Shown: piece after piece, positions 37,738 through 48,100 of the stretch
Layout: the number at the start of each line of letters is the position of its first letter
How positions within the stretch are numbered: position 1 is the first letter of the stretch
Source: Flavobacteriales bacterium
GTDB taxonomy: Bacteria > Bacteroidota > Bacteroidia > Flavobacteriales > UBA7430
Reading direction: 5' to 3'
Assembly: GCA_028110365.1 (NCBI GenBank)
Contig: JAOGVT010000003.1
Location: forward strand, 9,101-73,100
DNA length: 64,000 nt
The notes under the pieces: model-generated
Database searches by the model: none
What the model was told of the DNA's origin: nothing
The model's input: the letters and a program-made list of their open reading frames with translations, nothing else
Translations under genes and position numbers: made by a program

Positions 37738-39831
37738 TTAAAGTGAAGGATATTCAATACGCAAATGATGCATACTTAATAGTTTCTTTATAAACGATTT
37801 CTTTATTTTACTGATCTCTTTTAAGGTTATTTCTGCATCGTTAAATTGTCCGTTACGCATTTGGTTTTCAATAATTTTATGAACCAAGTCATTTATGTTA
37901 TCTGCATTTTTATCATTTAAACTTCTTGCCGCAGCTTCAACAGAATCTGCCATCATTAAAATTGCCGTTTCTTTAGAAAATGGTTTAGGACCTGGGTATT
38001 TAAATTTCTCCATATCGTTTGTCATATCAGGAAACTTCTTTAAGTGCTCGCTGTAAAAATATTGAACAACACGCTCTCCATGATGCGTTCTTATAAAATC
38101 AATAACTTGTTCAGGTAAGTTGTGCTTTTTGGCTTTTTCAACACCTCTTATAACATGAGAAATAATCACTCTAGCACTTTCGTCAGATGAAAGTTCATCG
38201 TGGGGGTTTATACCTGCTACTTGGTTTTCTATAAAAAACAATGGGTTGTCTATTTTACCAATGTCATGGTACAATGCTCCTACTCTCATTAAAAGTAAAT
38301 TACCTTCTACTTCCATTGCTGCATGTTCTGCAAGGTTACATACTTGTAAAGAATGATGAAATGTACCAGGTGCTTTCTCTGACATTTCTTTTAAAAGTGG
38401 ATGATTGGTGTCTGAGAGCTCAAGCAAGGAAATATCTGATACTAAAGAAAATAGTTTTTCATTTACATAAACTAAAGGATAAGTAAATAGCGTTAAAACA
38501 GCACTCACCATTAAGTAAAAATATACCGAATAATCTTGACCAAATATGTCTGCAGTTGTAATTAAAGAAATACCCAAATAACTAAGGAAATAAACCAAGG
38601 AAATTTTACCTACAGATATAAACAAATCTGATCTTTTGTATAAATTATTTACCGTTAAAATTGAGAGAATACCAGCCATTAATTGAACAAAAACGAAGTG
38701 AAAAGGGTTTGGAGCTAACCAACCAATAAGAACAATAGCAATGGTATAAATAAATAAAGCCAGCCTTAGATCAAAAAAAGATCTAATGACAAGCGGTAGT
38801 GCACAAAATGGAACTAAATAAATTAAGTTGTTGTTAGAAAACGATACCGTAAGTCTTGCAAAAGCAACAAACAAAACTATGTTTAACAATAAGAACTTAA
38901 GCGCACTAGTATCATTAAAAATAAGTACTCTTTTTGCTCTAATAAATAAAAATACGATTAAAAAACACAAACCTATTAAAAGCAGCTGCCCCAGTAAAAT
39001 ATACTTAGTTGCACTCGAACTAATTTGGTCTCCTTCAAACTCTTTTTTGTAAGAAATTAGTTTTAAATATATTTTTGGAGTAACCATCTCCCCTTTTGAA
39101 ACAATGAGTTCTCCGATACTGACCTTACCGTTTACTTTAGCTATTTTTTGCTGGTCATATTTTAAACGTTCTTGAGTTTGAATAGGATTAAAAATGTAAT
39201 TTTCAGTTAGATTCTCTATCAGAATATTGGTCAGTTTCTTGTAGTAATCAATAGATTCAATCGCAATATTTTCAATTTTAATCTTCGCAGTTTCCATGGT
39301 GTTAAAATCGCCCAAATAAGCTGATTCTTTTCCTTTACCTCTATCAACTAAAAGTAGATAATTCAATTCCTTACCAACAACATTAGAGTTGTTTTGGAGA
39401 ACTCCTTTTTTATAAATATCATTCCAAATAGAGCGAGCTTGTTCAACAAGCCTATTTACATATTTATTATGCTCTTTCTGAGATTTTAAAGTTGGTTTGT
39501 TTTCTTTAGCAATTTTAGAAAAGTAATCCAACTTGGAGTCCAATTCTTGTCTTGCTTCTTTTAGTTTACTTCGTTCAAATTTAAAAACAAACTTTTGGTT
39601 GTCTATTACCTGTTGTTGTTCTATGGCTATTTTCTCAACAGATTTAAGAATAGAAAATTCTAAGTCAGATATTAAATTTTCGTGTGGCCAATACTTCCCT
39701 TCTATGGGTTCGTACTTGAAACTTTTTTTACGTGGCATTAAATAAACACATAAAACAATCGCAGTAGCAAATAAACCAATACGGTAAAATAAATTGTGAT
39801 GATCTCTTACGAGATTAAATACTTTTTTCAT
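37738..39831 (-). CDS. 7TM-HD phosphohydrolase (PgpH-like)
   Basis: Extracellular domain, 7 TM, APGTFHHS, YHDIGK, THHG, MMADSVEAA. Confidence 0.9.
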   Translation of the reverse strand: MKKVFNLVRDHHNLFYRIGLFATAIVLCVYLMPRKKSFKYEPIEGKYWPHENLISDLEFSILKSVEKIAIEQQQVIDNQKFVFKFERSKLKEARQELDSKLDYFSKIAKENKPTLKSQKEHNKYVNRLVEQARSIWNDIYKKGVLQNNSNVVGKELNYLLLVDRGKGKESAYLGDFNTMETAKIKIENIAIESIDYYKKLTNILIENLTENYIFNPIQTQERLKYDQQKIAKVNGKVSIGELIVSKGEMVTPKIYLKLISYKKEFEGDQISSSATKYILLGQLLLIGLCFLIVFLFIRAKRVLIFNDTSALKFLLLNIVLFVAFARLTVSFSNNNLIYLVPFCALPLVIRSFFDLRLALFIYTIAIVLIGWLAPNPFHFVFVQLMAGILSILTVNNLYKRSDLFISVGKISLVYFLSYLGISLITTADIFGQDYSVYFYLMVSAVLTLFTYPLVYVNEKLFSLVSDISLLELSDTNHPLLKEMSEKAPGTFHHSLQVCNLAEHAAMEVEGNLLLMRVGALYHDIGKIDNPLFFIENQVAGINPHDELSSDESARVIISHVIRGVEKAKKHNLPEQVIDFIRTHHGERVVQYFYSEHLKKFPDMTNDMEKFKYPGPKPFSKETAILMMADSVEAAARSLNDKNADNINDLVHKIIENQMRNGQFNDAEITLKEISKIKKSFIKKLLSMHHLRIEYPSL

Positions 39832-39943
39832 CGCTTAAATACATTTCCTACGAACATAAACAAAAAACCAATCTTCACAAAGATAAAAGCAAGACAAAAT
39901 GAGCGTTCATTTTTTGTAACTTGCAGCTTTAAATATAAAATAT

Positions 39944-41122
39944 ATGAAAGAAGTAGTTATAGTAGCTGCAGTAAGAACGCCTATGGGAAGTTTCGGTGGC
40001 GTATTGTCTGCTGTAGCAGCTCCAAAACTTGGAGCAGCTGCCATTAGAGGAGCATTAAATAAAATAAATTTAAACCCAGAACTTGTTCAAGAAGTTATAA
40101 TGGGAAATGTATTGCAAGCAAATATAGGACAAGCTCCAGCTCGTCAAGCTGCGATTGCTGCAGGTTTGTCTAAAAACATACCTTGTACTACCTTAAACAA
40201 GGTTTGCGCTTCTGGAATGAAAGCTGTTATTATGGCTGCTCAAAGCATTAAAGCCGGAGACAACGACATTGTTGTTGCTGGTGGTATGGAGAACATGTCA
40301 ATGGTTCCATACTATATGGATAAAGCTCGTAATGGGTACCGTTTAGGTGACGGAGTTGTAGTAGATGGTTTGGTTAAAGATGGATTAACAGATGTTTACA
40401 ACAAAGTACATATGGGGGTTTGTGCAGAAATCTGTGCTGATGAAATGAACTTTTCTAGAGAAGCACAAGATCAATTTGCATTAACCTCATACGAACGCTC
40501 TGCTCAGGCATGGAAATCAGGTAAATTCTCTGAGGAGATAGTTCCTGTAGAAGTACCACAAAGACGTGGCGATACTATTTTTGTAACTGAAGATGAGGAG
40601 TATACCAAAATTAATAAAGAGAAATTCTTAAAATTACGAACTGTATTTAAAAAGGAGGGTACAATAACAGCTGGAAATGCATCTACTATTAATGATGGAG
40701 CTTCAGCACTTGTTTTAATGTCTGCTACAAAAGCCTTAGAAATGGGCATCACTCCTTTAGCCAAAATAACATCTTATGCAGATGCCGCTCATGAACCTGA
40801 ATGGTTTACTACGGCACCAGCAAAAGCGATACCTCTGGCATTAAGTAAAGCGGGATTAACAAGTAATGATATTTCTTACTGGGAATTAAATGAAGCATTT
40901 TCTGTAGTTGGACTTGCAAATATTGCCAAACTAAAATTAGACGCTACAAAAGTTAATATTAATGGTGGAGCCGTTTCATTAGGTCATCCTTTGGGTAGTT
41001 CTGGTGCTCGTATTTTGGTTACTTTAGTTAACGTATTGAAACAAAATAGCGCAAAGTATGGAGCTGCAGGTATCTGCAATGGAGGCGGAGGTGCTTCCGC
41101 AATGGTACTGGAAAATTTATAA
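39944..41122 (+). CDS. Acetyl-CoA C-acetyltransferase (thiolase)
   Basis: NKVCASG, NEAF, GHPLG, CNGGGG. Confidence 0.95.
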   Translation: MKEVVIVAAVRTPMGSFGGVLSAVAAPKLGAAAIRGALNKINLNPELVQEVIMGNVLQANIGQAPARQAAIAAGLSKNIPCTTLNKVCASGMKAVIMAAQSIKAGDNDIVVAGGMENMSMVPYYMDKARNGYRLGDGVVVDGLVKDGLTDVYNKVHMGVCAEICADEMNFSREAQDQFALTSYERSAQAWKSGKFSEEIVPVEVPQRRGDTIFVTEDEEYTKINKEKFLKLRTVFKKEGTITAGNASTINDGASALVLMSATKALEMGITPLAKITSYADAAHEPEWFTTAPAKAIPLALSKAGLTSNDISYWELNEAFSVVGLANIAKLKLDATKVNINGGAVSLGHPLGSSGARILVTLVNVLKQNSAKYGAAGICNGGGGASAMVLENL

Positions 41123-41141
41123 GTTAATACACCACTATGGT

Positions 41142-41175
41142 AAAGCTGTGTTTTAATAAAACACAGCTTTTTTTT
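41142..41175 (+). terminator. Intrinsic terminator after thiolase
   Basis: AAAGCTGTGTTTTA/TAAAACACAGCTTT stem plus T-run. Confidence 0.85.
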
Positions 41176-41287
41176 GTTAAATTTTGTTTAAAAAGAAGGT
41201 CTTTTTTTCTATCAACGTTATTCCTTAAAATGTTCGCTTAAATTCTTATATTTGCTTTCATCAAAAATAATTTTGATCCAAATTATA

Positions 41288-43108
41288 ATGGAAGAAACGA
41301 ACGTAACGAATCAGGTTGAAGATAAGGAAACTATCGTAACAATCACCCCAGAACAAGCAACTGTTCCTGCTGCTAATACTGAGTTGGAAAATTACATTAA
41401 ACTTGATACGGAAGAACTAATAGACGCTGTAAAATCTCTTGTAGATACGGCTCCTATTCAAAGTATAAAGGCTCAAATAGATGAGGCGAAAAAAATATTT
41501 TACGACAGAAGTAATACGGCTTACAAAGACGCTTTAGAAAAGTTTAAAACTACTCAGGTAGAAGTTGAAGGAGAAGAACCCGAAAATTTTGAGTTCATTT
41601 ATCCGAATACTGATGCGTTTAAAGCTGTGATGGAAACGTACAAAAAACGCAGAAATGCTTTTTACAGCGACCAAGAAAAAGAAATGAGCAAAAACTTAAA
41701 AATTAAGTTAGACTTAATCGAAGAGTTAAAAGGCTTGTTAAATGCTGAGGAGAAGATTAAAGTAACTTTTGAGCATTTTAAAGACATACAAATACGTTGG
41801 AAAGCTGTAGGTCAGGTTCCAAAATCTGACTTGAATAATTTGTGGCAAACGTACCACCATCATGTCGAAAAATTCTTTGATTTTTTAAGGATCAATAATG
41901 ACCTAAGAGATATTGAATTTAAGCGAAATCTTGAACTCAAAAATGCACTATGTGATAAAGCTGACATTGTAGCTCAAGAAGATAATTTAGACGCTGCTTT
42001 TACCGTTCTTCAAGAACTTCACGATGCCTGGAAAGAAATAGGTCCGGTTGGAAGAAATGATAGAGAGACGGTGTGGGAACGTTTTCAAGCAGCGACCAAA
42101 ATAGTACATAAAAAAAGAAATGATTTTTACGAAAAACGTAAAGAATCTTTTCAAGATAATTTTAATGCTAAGATTGTAATTTGTGATCAAATTAAAGCCA
42201 TTGATTATGCTGAATTAACCCATCATAACAAATGGCAAAAGCAATCAGAAATTATCAACACTTTAAGAGAAGATTGGAAAAAAGTAGGGCCTATCTCTAG
42301 AGAGCAAAATGAGGAATCTTGGTCTTTATTTATGGATCTTATAAAAGATTTTAATTCAAAAAAGAATGACTTTTACAGAGCACTCAAGAGTGGTCAAAAA
42401 GAAAATTTAGCTATTAAATTAGCCCTAGTGGAAAAAGCTGAAGCATTAGCTGATAGTAACGATTGGGCTGAAACAGCTAATGCTTTGAAGAAACTTCAAA
42501 GTGATTGGAAAAAATCTGGAATGGCTCCTAAGAAAGAAGCCGATGCTCTTTGGATAAGATTAAGAACTGCATGCAATTCATTTTTCGAAAATCTCAAAAA
42601 ACAGAACGAAGAAAAAGATAAAGAATTTGAAGGTAATTTAGAACTTAAGCAGTCGTTCCTGAAAGAAGTTGAGTCTTTTAAAAACTCAGGAGACACAAAA
42701 GCTGATGTTCAAACCATAAAAGGTTTTATCAATTCGTGGAAAGAGATGGGCAGAGTTCCGGGTAAAAATGTTAAAGCAATTGAAGGTGCATTTAGAGCTC
42801 TTATAGATGGTTATTTTGACCAGCTAGATATGGACAAGGCTGAAAAAAGAGACATTCAGTTTAAAACACGTATTGAGGCGATTGTTGCTACAGGAGACGA
42901 AAATAAACTGAACGATGAGTTGTTTAAAATGCAACAAACTTCCAAAAAATGTAAGGAAGAATTAACACTTCTAGAAAACAACATCAGTTTCTTTAAAAAT
43001 GCGAAAGACGACAATCCTCTTTTAAAAGAAGTCCGTAAGAACATAGAACGACAGAAAGAGAAATTTGAAGAAATAAAATCTCGAATGACTTACTTAAGAA
43101 GTTTATAA
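41288..43108 (+). CDS. DUF349 repeat coiled-coil protein
   Basis: Repeated N...K..L...WK..G.VP...LW..F......FF units; start reassigned to MEETN, downstream of -7 element at 41247-41254. Confidence 0.88.
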   Translation: MEETNVTNQVEDKETIVTITPEQATVPAANTELENYIKLDTEELIDAVKSLVDTAPIQSIKAQIDEAKKIFYDRSNTAYKDALEKFKTTQVEVEGEEPENFEFIYPNTDAFKAVMETYKKRRNAFYSDQEKEMSKNLKIKLDLIEELKGLLNAEEKIKVTFEHFKDIQIRWKAVGQVPKSDLNNLWQTYHHHVEKFFDFLRINNDLRDIEFKRNLELKNALCDKADIVAQEDNLDAAFTVLQELHDAWKEIGPVGRNDRETVWERFQAATKIVHKKRNDFYEKRKESFQDNFNAKIVICDQIKAIDYAELTHHNKWQKQSEIINTLREDWKKVGPISREQNEESWSLFMDLIKDFNSKKNDFYRALKSGQKENLAIKLALVEKAEALADSNDWAETANALKKLQSDWKKSGMAPKKEADALWIRLRTACNSFFENLKKQNEEKDKEFEGNLELKQSFLKEVESFKNSGDTKADVQTIKGFINSWKEMGRVPGKNVKAIEGAFRALIDGYFDQLDMDKAEKRDIQFKTRIEAIVATGDENKLNDELFKMQQTSKKCKEELTLLENNISFFKNAKDDNPLLKEVRKNIERQKEKFEEIKSRMTYLRSL

Positions 43109-43115
43109 ATCTACT

Positions 43116-43146
43116 AAAGGCATTCCAAACGGGATGCTTTTTTTTT
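43116..43146 (+). terminator. Intrinsic terminator after the DUF349 gene
   Basis: GGCATTCC/GGGATGCT stem plus T-run. Confidence 0.75.
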
Positions 43147-43155
43147 CATTTCCCT

Positions 43156-45153
43156 ATGAATTTTCAGCTAGAATCAGAATTTAGTCCCACTGGAGATCAA
43201 CCTCAAGCCATACGAAAAATAGCCGAAGGATTGGAACAAGGTATGCCTTACCAAACTTTACAAGGGGTTACAGGCTCGGGTAAAACTTTTACCATGGCTA
43301 ATGTAATTAAAGAAGTAAATAAACCAACTTTAATTCTGTGTCATAACAAAACACTTGCAGCACAACTGTACGGAGAGTTTAAACAATTTTTCCCTAACAA
43401 TGCGGTTGAGTATTTTGTTTCGTATTACGATTACTACCAACCAGAAGCCTACATTCCACATTCAGGATTGTACATAGAAAAAGATTTGTCTGTTAATGAA
43501 GAAATTGAAAAGTTAAGATTGAGTACATCTTCATCTCTTCTTTCTGGAAGAAGAGATGTACTTGTTGTTTCTTCGGTCTCTTGTATTTACGGAATTGGAA
43601 ATCCAGATGAGTTTAGTAAGAATGTGATTGAACTTCAAATTAGTCAAAAGATAAACCGTCAAGAATTATTATTGTCATTGGTTGGCTCATTGTATTCTAG
43701 AACTGAAATCCAATTAGAGCGCGGACAATTTAGAGTAAAAGGTGATTGTGTAGAAATATTTCCAGGTTATTCTGATACTGGTTTACGTATTCTATTTTGG
43801 GACGATGAGATTGATACCTTAGAATCTTTTGATACGATTACTGGACATCGAATTAGTCAGTTTGAAGATTTGAAAATTTACCCTGCTAATATATTTGTTA
43901 CTTCAAAAGATAGGCTCGATTTAGCTAAGCATACAATTAAGACTGATTTAATAAAACAAGTAGACTATTTTAAAGAAATAGGTAAGCATTTAGAGGCAAA
44001 AAGGTTAGAAGAGCGTGTTAATTTCGATTTAGAAATGATTCAAGAACTAGGCTATTGTTCTGGTATTGAGAATTACTCTAGGTATCTAGATGGTAGAGAG
44101 GCGGGAACTAGACCTTTTTGTTTGTTGGATTATTTTCCTGACGATTTCATGCTATTTGTAGATGAAAGTCATGTTACTTTATCGCAAGTAAAGGCGATGT
44201 ATGGTGGAGATAGGTCTAGAAAAGAAAACCTTGTAGAGTACGGATTTAGATTACCTGCAGCAATGGATAACAGACCTTTAAAATTTGAAGAGTTTGAAGC
44301 CATCGTACCCCAAGTAGTATACGTAAGTGCAACACCAGCTGATTATGAATTAGAACAGTCTGAAGGTGTCATTGTGGAACAAATTATTAGACCCACCGGA
44401 CTTTTAGATCCAATAATTGAAATTAGACCATCGCAAAATCAAATAGACGATCTTTTAGCCGAAATTAATTTAAGAGTTGAAGAAGACGAAAGAATTTTAG
44501 TTACCACACTTACGAAAAGAATGGCTGAAGAATTGACCATTTATTTAACTAAATATGGTGTGCGTTGTCGTTATGTTCACTCTGATGTTGACACGCTAGA
44601 ACGTGTAGAAATTATGCGTGATTTACGATTGGGAATGTTTGATGTTCTTATTGGTGTGAATTTATTGAGAGAAGGATTGGATTTGCCAGAAGTTTCCTTA
44701 GTAGCCATTTTAGATGCCGATAAAGAAGGTTTTCTAAGATCTAAACGTTCGCTAACTCAAACGGTTGGTAGAGCTGCTAGACATTTAAAAGGAAAAGCCA
44801 TTTTTTATGCTGATAAAGTGACCAATTCCATGCAATTGACTATTGATGATACGGATCGTAAGAGAACCATTCAAATGAAATACAATGCGGATCACAATTT
44901 AGTTCCTTACGCCAACAAAAAATCTAAAGCCAGCATAATGGAACAAAGCGCTGTGATTGGTAAAAACTACAACCAAGCGGCAGAACCAGATCCTACTCTG
45001 GAAGTAACAGAAGAAGAAATTAAATACTTTACAGAGGAGAACAAACGTAAAAAGATTAATGAGCTAAGAAGAGCTATGGAAAAAGCAGCTAAGGATTTAA
45101 ATTTTATTGAAGCAGCGAGGCTAAGAGATATGCTAAAGAAATTTAACAACTAA
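43156..45153 (+). CDS. uvrB: Excinuclease ABC subunit B
   Basis: GDQPQAI, GVTGSGKT, YYDYYQPEAY, DESH, C-terminal UVR domain. Confidence 0.97.
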   Translation: MNFQLESEFSPTGDQPQAIRKIAEGLEQGMPYQTLQGVTGSGKTFTMANVIKEVNKPTLILCHNKTLAAQLYGEFKQFFPNNAVEYFVSYYDYYQPEAYIPHSGLYIEKDLSVNEEIEKLRLSTSSSLLSGRRDVLVVSSVSCIYGIGNPDEFSKNVIELQISQKINRQELLLSLVGSLYSRTEIQLERGQFRVKGDCVEIFPGYSDTGLRILFWDDEIDTLESFDTITGHRISQFEDLKIYPANIFVTSKDRLDLAKHTIKTDLIKQVDYFKEIGKHLEAKRLEERVNFDLEMIQELGYCSGIENYSRYLDGREAGTRPFCLLDYFPDDFMLFVDESHVTLSQVKAMYGGDRSRKENLVEYGFRLPAAMDNRPLKFEEFEAIVPQVVYVSATPADYELEQSEGVIVEQIIRPTGLLDPIIEIRPSQNQIDDLLAEINLRVEEDERILVTTLTKRMAEELTIYLTKYGVRCRYVHSDVDTLERVEIMRDLRLGMFDVLIGVNLLREGLDLPEVSLVAILDADKEGFLRSKRSLTQTVGRAARHLKGKAIFYADKVTNSMQLTIDDTDRKRTIQMKYNADHNLVPYANKKSKASIMEQSAVIGKNYNQAAEPDPTLEVTEEEIKYFTEENKRKKINELRRAMEKAAKDLNFIEAARLRDMLKKFNN

Positions 45154-45155
45154 AA

Positions 45156-48100
45156 CTACTTGACCCATTTCACTCTATTTAAAAACTTTTGCATTTGCTT
45201 TAAATTACCAATTTCGTAACGAAAAGGCCCTGATTCTTTAGTTCCCGAAAGATTGGATAAACGCATGGGTGAGCTCGCAATGTAATTGTTGAATTTTTGA
45301 TGGCTGCTAATCAGTTTCATAACACCTCGTCGGTAGTTTATGTAGTAGTAATCCTCTGAAGATATTTTAAGATATATATTTATTTCATCGCCTTGTGCAT
45401 GAGGTCTAAACTCAACAATACCATCGACTATACGATCAATTTTACGTCCGTTAATGTTATTTAGTGGAATTTTAGTACTGGAAATAAATGAGGCAGATTG
45501 CCTATTCCATGCCATGTAAAGCTGAGGGAAATAAAATGTATGCTCAAGTTCTGAAGGTAAGAACCTTCTCCCCTTTTTCTTTTTCCGATTGTATTTTTTA
45601 AGTTTTCTTTTTCCTAGTAGTTCTTTCAACATTCTTTGATGGAGCGCTGATGATTGATTTGTTTTAACAGTTAATGATGATTTTTTTAGTTGCTTGTACA
45701 AAAATTTAGAAGCCTTTTTGTGTAGTAAAAAATCCAAACCAAAATCTAGTTTCCCCGCAATAGATTGTTCTGTGAAATTTGCTGCTAAAAAACCGAAGGC
45801 TTCTACTTTTAACAATCCCGCATCTACACCTAAATTGAGTTTCCCTTCTGAATAAAGAGTGCATTCTTCTGGATTGTAAATAGCCACATTACCTGAAGCA
45901 TTTACATCTTCAATTTTTTCTTTACTCCCTATAATGTATTCCCAATTAGAATCGTCAAAGTGAACAAAACCATCAACGCTTAACGCATCGTAATCGTTTA
46001 CATGTTTGGGTCCACTTAAGAAAGCCGGATAACATACCGTTGGTGAATGGCTTATCATAATACCTGCATGCCACTGTTGCCTATCAGTTAAACGCATGTC
46101 TGGATTTAAATCAATAAATACATCTTCAGGATCAACTTCATCGGTAAAAGGAATCCAAGTTCTGTTCAGTTTATCGCAGGCTAAATAAACCCTTGTAAAT
46201 CCATCAAATGTCAAAAAGTCCTTTGAGGTGTCTAAAATGACCTTACCTTTAAAACCGAAATATGGATCTAAATGAAAATTATCATCCTCACTTATATAAG
46301 CTGTACCTTTTACTATATCGCCATCTTTTTCTAGTGTAGAAAAATAAATGGACTGTATTTCTCCTTCTAAATCTATATAATCAAATAAGGCCGAGCCTTT
46401 AAACTTCCCAGCAGAAAGTATATCTAGTTCGGCATTGTAAAATTCATAAGGCGTTAACGTTTGCGTATCTACCCAAAAATTTGCATTTACCAATCGCTCC
46501 ATTTTACCATTTGCAAGAATTTTAAGACTCGAAGAATCGGGTTCAATAGTTACAGTAGACATTAAGATTTCTGTTACACCAGAAACATCTAATTCATAGT
46601 TGTTTAAATCGTAGTGAGCAGCAGATGCATAAAACTGTAATGAATCTTGGTAAGTATCTACAGAAACCAACAATGCGTTATCAGATGAAAATTGAGAAAA
46701 TTCTATTGTTTTACTTTCACTATCCCATTCCATTAATTCAAAATACAAATCGTATTTATTTTTACGTAGTTCAAAACTTACGGTATCAGAAAGCGTTTCA
46801 AAGGAACCAAAACGATCTGAGAAACTCATGGCAGAATACAAGTCCTTTGCCCGAAGTATTTTCGATCCTCCGTCTTGCTCAAACAAATTGAATTCGGAAT
46901 GATCTGCAGTAAAATCTTGACTCTGTAAAATGAATTCTTTAGAAATTGACAGGGCATTATCGAAGTACAATTCTCCAGAAGCAGTAAGTGCTTTTGGACT
47001 TAAAATCATTGTACCATCAAACACATAACTTTGCTTATACATTTCATAAAATGAATCTCTATTCCAAGATTGAAATTGATCGTCAAATGCTCTCCAATCA
47101 ATACTAGCATCTTCTACTGTACTTTTCGGACAATCTGTAGGTGCTATTTGTTCAGTTATGGAATGAGATTTTGCATGAGCTAAAGCCCTGTATGGATAAA
47201 AGAATATGGAGTCTGTTGTAGTTACAGAATTTAAATAATAAATTGTGCCCTCTCCTCTTAATCCCTTGTTATCTAAATATAATTTGTTGGTAAATTCTCC
47301 TCTTCCTTCGTAAACAGGGTAGCGGTTTGGAATTGGATGAGAAAAACTAAGCTCTAAATTCTCATTTAAACGCATGGTATCTCTAAATGCTGGAACAATT
47401 GTTGGCGCATTTAAATTGCCAGGAAACTCTAAACTTTCTGTGCTTAAAATTGAAAGCGAATCTAATTGAAATGGATCAACTTTAAAAGAAAAAATAGGCC
47501 TTTTGTATACGCCATCCTTAACGTTATCGTAATAAATATAAGAATCTTCAAAACTATGGATCTTAGGATAAGCAAGTTCCGATTTGAGTCCAGACTTGTT
47601 CCTAGGCGCATCAATATAGAGCTTGCCTACCAAATCGGAAATAACCGTTTTAACAGTCCAATCGACGTCAACATCGTCTTTATTCTTAAAACCAGAAGGA
47701 ATAGAATATTGCATCGAATCTATTTTTTTGAGAGTTACTTCAAATGGATCGTAAACAAATTCCAGCTGCTTTCCAAATAGGGCAAAATTGCCTGTATGCA
47801 AAATGCCATCAAAAGTAAAGTCTCTATTTTTATGAATCACTAAATTACCATCGTAAGGGAAAACTGCCACCTTATTAGAATCGGATAACTCAACCATAGC
47901 TACACCAGAAACAAATAAATCTCCTGAAGTAAAATCAAGTTTTGCTGCTGGTAGTATTTCAGCACGAGATATGATTTTTAAACCATCGTAATCTCTTTTT
48001 TTCAACCGAGCTTGTAAAAACTCAAATAATTTATCTTTTATCTGTACGCTGTTAGTGGATAAATCAAATCCTACAAAACCTAAAATAGTAAAATCAGTCA

